DNA of 64,000 nt from Somniosus microcephalus (taxonomy: Eukaryota): NCBI GenBank assembly GCA_052327205.1, contig CM126205.1, positions 294,996,001-295,060,000 on the forward strand. Direction: 5' to 3'. Shown here in pieces: positions 57,501-64,000 of the stretch (positions within the stretch are counted from its first letter, which is position 1; every line of letters starts with the position of its first letter). The position numbers and the translations under genes are program-made. The notes beneath the pieces were generated by a model, which saw only the letters and a list, made by a program, of their open reading frames with translations, searched no databases and was not told the origin of the DNA.

Positions 57501-58997
57501 GCGCACCGCGTCGGGGTGGATAAAGCTCTCCATGCTCCCGCTGTCGAAAAGGCAGGTAGTAGCGCGGCCGTTTACCGTAATGTCCATCATGGACCTGGAC
57601 AGTTGGTGAGGGAGAGATTGGTCCAGCGTCACGGAGGCCAGCGTATGGTCGAGCGAGCCGCTGTGGTCGTCAGACGAGGCAGGGGGGAACGGGGAACGGC
57701 CAGGTGGAAAGAGAGAATGCGACGGTTTGGAGGCGTCCAAGATGGCGGACAAAATGGCTGTGCCCATGATCCCGATCCCCACGCGGCTGGAGGTGTCCAA
57801 GATGGCGGACAAGATGGCTGCCCCCCACGGTTCACACGCGGCGCTGCTGGCGTTAGCGGTTTTACCTTTGCAGGCGCTGACGTAGTGTCCTTTCTTCCCG
57901 CAGCCAGAGCAGGTAGCGTTTTTCGCCGGGCAGCGTGCTCTGGGGTGTTTTGCCTGGCCACAAAAGTAACATTTCGGGCCCTTGGACATCGCTGCAGCAG
58001 TTGGTGCCAGGGGTGGCGGTCCCATGACCCAAGGTTGCGGCGTCCACGGTGCGGAGCGGTTAGGGGAGAATGCGTCCATATTCCGGTGGGCCGCGTCTAG
58101 CGAGAGCGCGAGGGACACTGCCTTCTTCAGGTCGATTTCGCCCTTCTCCAGCAGTCTCTGCCGGGAGTAGTCGGATTTGAGGCCCGCAACAAAGGCATCT
58201 CGGATAAGTCCCTCCGCGTGTGTCGCGGCCGATACCTCTTTACAATCGCAGGCTCGGCCGAGTATCTGTAGTGCCCGTAGGAATGCCTCCACCGATTCCC
58301 CGGACTGCTGTTTGCGGGATCTCAGGAGGTGTCTGGCATAAACCGTATTTACCGGGCGTGTGTATTGTCCTTTTAGCAGATCGATAGCCGCCGTGTAGGT
58401 AGTCGCGTCCTGGATGAGCGTGTAGACTTGGTGGCCCACCTTGGAGGCCAGGATTTTTAGTTTGTTTCCATCTAGTGTCACGGCTGAGGCTTCCAGGTAA
58501 GCTTCGAAGCAACGCAGCCATTGTGCGAACTTGGTAGACGAACCCGCCTCTTGAGGGTCTAGGTCCAGGCATGTTGGTCTGAGGGCATGCAGCAGCGCCT
58601 GCTGCTCAGCGTTTGGTGCTGTCGTTTGCTGCAGCGCCTGCTGCTCAGCATTTGGTGCAGCAGCCTGCTGCTCAGCGTTTGGTGCAGCAGCCTGCTGCTC
58701 AGCGTTTGGTGCCAACATTTTGTTTTTGCTAATAAAATTGATGCGCTATCAATTACTCATAAAAGACAGAGAGTTAGGAGAGTAACTAAAAGGCTTTTAT
58801 TAGCAAAGAACAGAGCATGCCTCTCGTGGTTGACTGGGTTCGAAGAAGGCAGGGGGCTGCAGAGCAGTCACCTTTATACCTGGGCCTGTGGGTGGAGCCA
58901 GGGGCGGAGCCAGCAGAGGCATGCTGAGGCATGCATAGATACAACAGTGTGCAACAACAACAACAACGGTGAACAACAATAACAGTGGTTTACCACA
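54532..58997 (-). mobile_element. Young Gypsy (Mag/SURL-like) LTR retrotransposon
   Basis: 5' LTR 58739-58997 (TGTGGTAAA...GCGCATCA). 3' LTR 54532-54782 lacks the last 8 bp. Two mismatches in 251 bp. PPT AAGGGGTGAA. Confidence 0.95.
54825..58718 (-). CDS. Single gag-pol polyprotein (1297 aa)
   Basis: Two CCHC knuckles (CYFCGQAKHPRARC, CSGCGKKGHYVSAC), protease FDSGS, RT IDLKSAYHQ/PFGV/YLDN, RNase H SDAS/EKE/TDQ, integrase HHCC plus VDFKG/SDRG/QVER. N-terminal APNAEQQA x4. Confidence 0.95.
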   Translation of the reverse strand: MLAPNAEQQAAAPNAEQQAAAPNAEQQALQQTTAPNAEQQALLHALRPTCLDLDPQEAGSSTKFAQWLRCFEAYLEASAVTLDGNKLKILASKVGHQVYTLIQDATTYTAAIDLLKGQYTRPVNTVYARHLLRSRKQQSGESVEAFLRALQILGRACDCKEVSAATHAEGLIRDAFVAGLKSDYSRQRLLEKGEIDLKKAVSLALSLDAAHRNMDAFSPNRSAPWTPQPWVMGPPPLAPTAAAMSKGPKCYFCGQAKHPRARCPAKNATCSGCGKKGHYVSACKGKTANASSAACEPWGAAILSAILDTSSRVGIGIMGTAILSAILDASKPSHSLFPPGRSPFPPASSDDHSGSLDHTLASVTLDQSLPHQLSRSMMDITVNGRATTCLFDSGSMESFIHPDAVRSYSLPVLPTRHRISMASKSHSADVGGYCVVTLSVRGTEYKNFKLLVLPHLCAAVLLGLDFQCHLKSVTLAYGGPFPPLTVCSQQLLNRPPRTICSLSTLKVSPPPLFANLTRDCKPIATKSRRYSAGDRSFIKSEVARLLKEGIIEGSTSPWRAQVVAVKTGEKQRLVIDYSQTINRYTQLDAYPLPRISDMVNQIAQYRVFSTIDLKSAYHQLPIRAEDRQYTAFEADGRLYHFLRVPFGVTNGVSVFQREMDRMVDQNALQATFPYLDNITICGHDQQDHDVNLEKFLRTAQRLNLTYNKDKCMFRTTRLAILGCVVENGVIGPDPDRMRPLMELPLPHCQKALKRCLGFFSYYAQWVPNYADKARPLIKSTSFPLTAEACAAFTLIKKDIAKATMHAVDESIPFQVESDASDFALAATLNQAGRPVAFFSRTLQGPEIRHSSVEKEAQAIVEAVRHWRHYLAGKRFTLLTDQRSVAFMFNNNQRGKIKNDKILRWRIELSTYNYDILYRPGKLNEPPDALSRGTCANAQVDRLQTLHNDICHPGVTRFFHFIKSRNLPYSIEEVRTMTRNCQICAECKPHFYRPDRASLIKATRPFERLSVDFKGPLPSSDHNVYFLNIIDEYFHFPFAIPCPDMTSTTVIKCLNDLFALFGFPSYIHSDRGSPFMSDELRQYLLTRGIATSRTTSYNPWGSGQVERENATVWKAVLLNLKSKGLPTSRWQEVLPAVLHSIRSLLCTATNATPHEKMFTFPRKSTSGTSLPTWLTSPGPVLLRKHVRSHKMDPLVERVSLLHANPQYAYVAYPDGREDTVSIRDLAPSGAPETLPLPSTTTHNPTPVDGMPQPQDPSLTTQPLNETPDSTLDAAPSPPPPQRSGRHTRPPDRLTYTYL

Positions 58998-59655
58998 AAA
59001 CTCATGCTATTTACAGATGTGCTGAATTTCTGTTCTATTCTCAAATTCTCACTGATTTGTTACAGTCCTTAAATTGTGTTTTTTTTGTCCTTGGATATGT
59101 AGGTTATGAGTTACAATTTTATGTTATGAGGACTGGGTGTTGCAGCAAAGTAGAAAACTACATTTCCAACAATTTTTCTTAATTCATGTGCCAAATTGCA
59201 GACAGTATTGCGCTGTGGGCCAAAACTCATTTAATAGGAACTGGAGTCAATCTACCGAATCTCCATTCATATAGATGCCTTACAACTTACAGAAAGAGGA
59301 GAATTTCATCATTTCAGTTTAGTTTGGATGCAAACCTGGTCTCGGTGGTGAAAGGACAGGATTGTAACTCACTGCACCGGGGCAGACAACAAAAACACTG
59401 AAGAGATCACCCAACAACTGAGTGTCATAGCACAGCTAGCTAAAGGGAAAAGTTGTGGAATATCACTTGCCATAACTTGATACTAATAGTTGATTTGTCT
59501 TAATTACATCTGACCATTAATAATTGGAAAGTTATTCTTTGTCCTTGCCTAATGAAGTATGCCACAATGAGAGCTTAATACAAAATATAAGGTTAAGCTC
59601 AAAACAATCGTTTCACTATAAGCACGGAGCTTGAAATGGGCAACATTAGCACTTA

Positions 59656-60742
59656 GGGCTAAAATTGGATAAGGCCCGAAAACGGACACGGGGATCGCGA
59701 TGCGCGATTAACCCATGTCCATTCAATGTAATGTAGGCAGCATGCAAACTTCGTGCTGCCTGCTAATTATAATGATAGTGGCGTGCAGCCCAGTGCAAAA
59801 TGTACTGTTGAGTGGCTGCCCGCTCAGCAGGGGGCCCAAGTTTGTGTGAGGCTAGCACCAATTAAAGCTAGCATTCAGTTCTTAAAGCCAGCCTCCAACT
59901 CTTAAAGGAGAGGTGCATTCTGGCTCCAGATGTTCCAGCCTGAAAGGAGCACGACACGAAGAAGTTCATGGCCACGGTCACCTTTACAGCCACTAGCAAT
60001 GCCGTCCTCGCCCTGGACTGAGGCTGCAGGTCTGCCTGCAGCAGATGGAAGATTAGTAAAATGGAGATGTCGCATGCACTGTTCGTCGTGAGGTTGATGT
60101 AGGAGAATTGTCCCTTGAAGACCCTGGGTGGAAATGGCCACCTGCTGAGAGCCCTTCTCCCCCTCCTCCTCCCGATTCTTCTAGCAGCTTGTCCTGCTCT
60201 GTGTCGCCTCTGCTCATTCTCCCTCTCATGCTGCAGGCCAAGGTGGATACAAACTACTGCACCCACGGCTGGGAGCAACTGGTCTGAGCAGACCCCTTGC
60301 ACATCAATACCAAGTCCTTGAGCACGTGCCACACCCCTCCTTGTAGACTTTAGGCAACTATAAAGAAGTCTAGAGATCACCAAACACTTATACAAACTCA
60401 GCAATAGATAGTAGAAATCAATCAACAACTAACCTGTAAGTAGGTGATGACCCCTTTAAGTAGCGCTGGTTTGTGGCCCTTTCTCCTGCTGAGCGCATGT
60501 TCAACTGTGCGAGGTTAAGAGAGGGTGTTAGCTCTAGTATTGAGGTCGAAAATGGCAGCACTGGCATCAAATCATTGACGTCACGATCAGCCTACTCTGC
60601 ATACTTGTGACGCACAGTCCCAGTGCCAACACTAACACCCTCACCAAAATGGCGTCTGGCGTGGCCTGCACCAGAAGTGTGCGCACTGCTCAGACACCAT
60701 TTTCGAGCCAATTTGGCACCCAAACAACTGAATTTTTAGCCT
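59656..60742 (-). mobile_element. Internally deleted Harbinger with a 5' nuclease fragment
   Basis: TIR-like GGGCTAAAATT ... AATTTTTAGCC. Minus strand encodes PFPPRVFKGQFSY...HLLQADLQPQSRARTALLVAVKVTVAMNFF. Confidence 0.75.
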
Positions 60743-60816
60743 CTGGTTTTAGTTCATAACTGTTTAGTTTTGTACCAAAAGTCTGGATCGATTTCCATGT
60801 ACATACATGTTATACT

Positions 60817-60819
<3 letters not shown>

Positions 60820-60859
<40 letters not shown>

Positions 60860-60861
60860 GT
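60820..60861. repeat. (GT)n microsatellite
   Basis: About 20 GT units. Confidence 0.95.
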
Positions 60862-61029
60862 TGGTGTTGGTTTTATAGCGTAGAACTTGTCTGCATATTT
60901 ATTGTAATGTTAATTAATCTATGCTTGCCTCAACCAAAATTGTTTGCTCCTTTCCCACTCTGGGAACAAAAAAACACATTTAAATCAAAGCAAAATATGA
61001 TTATATACAGAATACTATCAAGGTAGAGT

Positions 61030-62394
61030 TTCACAAAGGTGCACGGCTGCACCCAGGCTCTCCCATAACTCCCTCCTTATGCTAATGGAGAGAGTCACAG
61101 CACGCATGGAGGTTCTCTTCCCTTCCCATGGGTGGAAGAGATCTCCCCAGGAGATCAACGCAGCCTGGTTGCACATTGCACAGGAAGACACAAGCAGGGA
61201 TGTTGTCAGAAGGATTAGGCTGCAGTCGCGCAAACCTTTCGATGATCTGAGCAGATCACGAAATCTTACTGCCAAGCCACACTCAACCTCATCCTGCTGT
61301 GCCACTCATTACATCCACATCATTCTGCTTTTCTTACCCTAGTCCTGCACATCTTTACTCACACCAACTTACCTTGCACCTCCACCCATCCCTCTCTGTC
61401 CACATTATCACTTCCCCATCTCACTAGCCACCCCGCACACTCACACTCATCCTACTGCAAGCATACAAACTAACAAGACACAAGGTTAGGCACTTGAGTG
61501 TTTTAGCCAATGTACATGTGAAGTTTCTGGCAATGTGCTGTCAAACATTGAAAACTTTATTTTCAGCACTTTGCGTTCTTGGACAGATTTGTGTGCACCT
61601 TTGGAAGTGGCTTAGTGAGTTGTAGTGAATGGTGAGATGTAAGGGTACCCCACCCCACCCCACCACCCTCCCGCAATGGTGACAAGTATGAAAGGAATGG
61701 CTTGGGCATTGTAGGGATGCTTTATGGTGTTGGTGTGGGGTGGTGCCAACCTGGCGCATCATGTGGCATCAATTGATTGTGGAGAAGGCTGGTGTTGTTG
61801 TTGCTGCTGGTGTGCCTGGTGATGTTGGTGTTGGGGCTCATCTTGGTGGGATTCTGAGGACCAATGTGAGATATTTTCAAGGGCACCGATGCTGATGGAA
61901 TAGATGGCAGCTGAGGTTGAGATGACAGAAGCGATCTGTCAATGATGAGAGAGGTTGCACTAATGAGGTGGCACTGGATAGAGAGTTTGCAGAATGCTCA
62001 ACATGTCTTCCAAATGCAGTAAGCAACAGCTTCTGAGCTTTGAAAATGAACAGCTGTAACATGGGATCTTTTACACAAATTTGGCAGCTTTCCAGTCATG
62101 AGATAATTCAATGCTGAATCCACTCACTGACATGTTCCCCGAGCAACGGGTAACCCATGAGGAAGCATGTAAAATTGAAATGTAGGCTTAAAATAACAGT
62201 TAATTGCATGTTAACAGCCCATTTAATGATGTGAATTGCCTCCCCCGCCGCGTAGTGTTGGGTCTGTTCAGCGCCGACAGACCCAACACCTGGGAGACTC
62301 GTGTGGAGCGGGTTCCCTACCCGCTGTCAATCTTTAATTTTGACAGCTGACCCGCCTCCGAACCTGCCCTCTGAGCGCCGGCAAAATTCAGCCC
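61030..62394 (+). mobile_element. Non-autonomous Harbinger with Myb exon 1 remnant
   Basis: AAPRLSHNSL...EVLFPSHGWKR...AWLHIAQE...RKPFDDLSRS. Ends in TIR-like GGCAAAATTCAGCCC. Confidence 0.7.
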
Positions 62395-62549
62395 ATCATA
62401 ATCTAGTAAGATCTTTGACAGTATTTTTGAAAAATGTAGGCTAGTACAAATCCGTGCTCCTTTTAAACAGATTGGTCGACAAAAAATCTAACAAAGTTTA
62501 AACAGTCCAGATTGACATCAAGAACTGATTTTACCCATCACTTCTGTTA

Positions 62550-63044
62550 CAGAGGATGCAGAGGAGATTTACCAGAATTTTTCCAGGGATGAGGGATTTT
62601 AACTACAAGGTTAGGCTGGAGAAGCTGGGGTTGTTTTCCTTGGAGCAAAGGAGGTTGAGGGGAGATTTGATAGAGGTGTACAAGATTATGACGGGTTTGG
62701 ATAAGGTAGACAGAGAAAGGCTGTTCCCATTAGCTGATGGTACAAGGACTTGGGGACACAGATCTAAAGTTTTGGGCAAGAGATACAAGGGGAATGTGAG
62801 GAAGGACTTCTTTATGCAACGAGTGGTAAATACCTGGAATTCGCTGCCGACGAGGGTGGTGGAAGTGGAGACGATCAATGATTTCAAAAGGAAATTGGAT
62901 AGGCACTTGAGGGAAATAAACTTGCAGGGCTACAGGGATAGAGTGGGGGAATGAGGCTGACTGGATTGTTTTACAGAGAGCCGGCATGGACTCGATCGAC
63001 TGAATGGCCTCCTTCTGTGCCGAAATGACTCTATGACTCTATGA
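62550..63044 (+). mobile_element. CR1 3' fragment (second family)
   Basis: QRRFTRIFPG...LGLFSLEQRRLRGDLIEVYK...RVVNTWNSLP, with a (GACTCTAT)n tail. Confidence 0.92.
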
Positions 63045-63517
63045 CGTACACTCATGATTCTTCTTTTTCCAAGTTCAATAGGTTAATTTGCATTGTTTAA
63101 TGTTGATACCCAGAAACAGTGCATTGTAATCAAGCAAGTGGTGTTTTTGTGTTGTACAACAAAAGATGCACTAATTGAGTGGTGATGGATTAAACAACAT
63201 GAATGATCCAGTTCGCTGAGAAAATTATTAAACGTGGTAAAAGGCCAAATTCCTAAAGCAATTGTTAGCTACTAATGGTAATGAAGAATGTTCTTGGCCG
63301 CTTTATGCTACACTGGGAGGTCTCAAACAAATTGCCTGATGTTTTATTCAACCTTTAGTTCCCTGGTCCAACATACTGTGGTTATTATGACTGCATGTTA
63401 TACTGTATGTGATAAACTTATTTCAACAAGACTATTTTTTAATATTTCATTTTTCTTACATTCTCCCACGAAATATTGCTTTATGTCACTAGTTTAAGTG
63501 CTCTGACGACACACCAA

Positions 63518-64000
63518 GGCCGCAATTCTGCTGACCTCGGTGGGTCCGTGGCGAGCGATGTCGGTGGCGGGTCCTGACCCCGCTGCTGGCTCCATCCCAG
63601 CCTCTTAAATAAATTTCCCCTGATTGGGCTTATTCAGCCAGCCCAGCGCATTTGCTGGCTAGTGGCATCATTTGATGACACGTCATCAGTCAGTTTCCTT
63701 AAAACGAACATGGCCAACTTTCTTTTGACATTTTTGCTGTCAGTGTTCTACAGCATTAAGGCACTGCAAACACTGTTAAGCACTGCACAGAGGTACAGGA
63801 CTGCACCCAGGCTCCCCCATGACTCCCTCCATATGCTTATGGAGGGAGTCACAGCATGCAGGGAAGTCCTCGTCCCTTCCCATGGGTGGAAGAGACCTCC
63901 CTAGGAGATCAACACAGCCTGGTTGCACATTGCAGAGGAGGGCACAAGCAGAGATGTCATCAGGAAGACCTGGGTGCAGTGCCACAAATGTTTCAATGAT
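63518..64000 (+). mobile_element. Harbinger left end with Myb exon 1 remnant (same family as 61030-62394), runs off the window
   Basis: GGCCGCAATTC start. 63790-64000 is closely similar to 61040-61250 (TAPRLPHDSL...EVLVPSHGWKRP). Confidence 0.7.

Larger units (their letters stand above)
54355..59175. repeat. 178-bp direct duplication of host DNA flanking the Gypsy element (54355-54532 and 58998-59175)
   Basis: AAA(T/C)TCATGCTATTTACAGATG...CATTTCCAACAATTT on both sides. One mismatch seen. Confidence 0.95.

Overview
Eukaryotic, transposon-dense window, most likely from a cartilaginous fish (inferred from the CR1 (TTCTATGT)n tails, L2/SINE tails and GC-rich Harbinger and Tx1 families). I found no host gene exons. 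Contents from left to right: (1) an old Harbinger remnant containing a full-length CR1 LINE, which contains a 5'-truncated CR1 and an intact 4.57-kb autonomous PIF/Harbinger transposon (18-bp TIRs, TAA TSD, DDE nuclease, 3-exon Myb/SANT gene); (2) a 21.5-kb head-to-tail array of three full-length Tx1-clade non-LTR retrotransposons, bounded by four copies of one 14-bp target duplication. The array sits inside the R region of a 181-bp solo LTR, directly behind its TATA/Inr promoter, and only the promoter-proximal copy is fully intact; (3) an internally deleted Gypsy element (RNase H part plus integrase) with TG...GA LTR ends; (4) a young Gypsy element with one 1297-aa gag-pol ORF, a YLDN RT active site and no tRNA PBS. 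In place of the PBS is a 13-bp antisense copy of its own LTR poly(A)-signal region, and the element is flanked by an aberrant 178-bp target duplication; (5) many decayed Harbinger, CR1, L2, SINE and Penelope-like fragments and two AT-rich candidate enhancer regions. Coordinates and mismatch counts were made by eye and no database searches were run.
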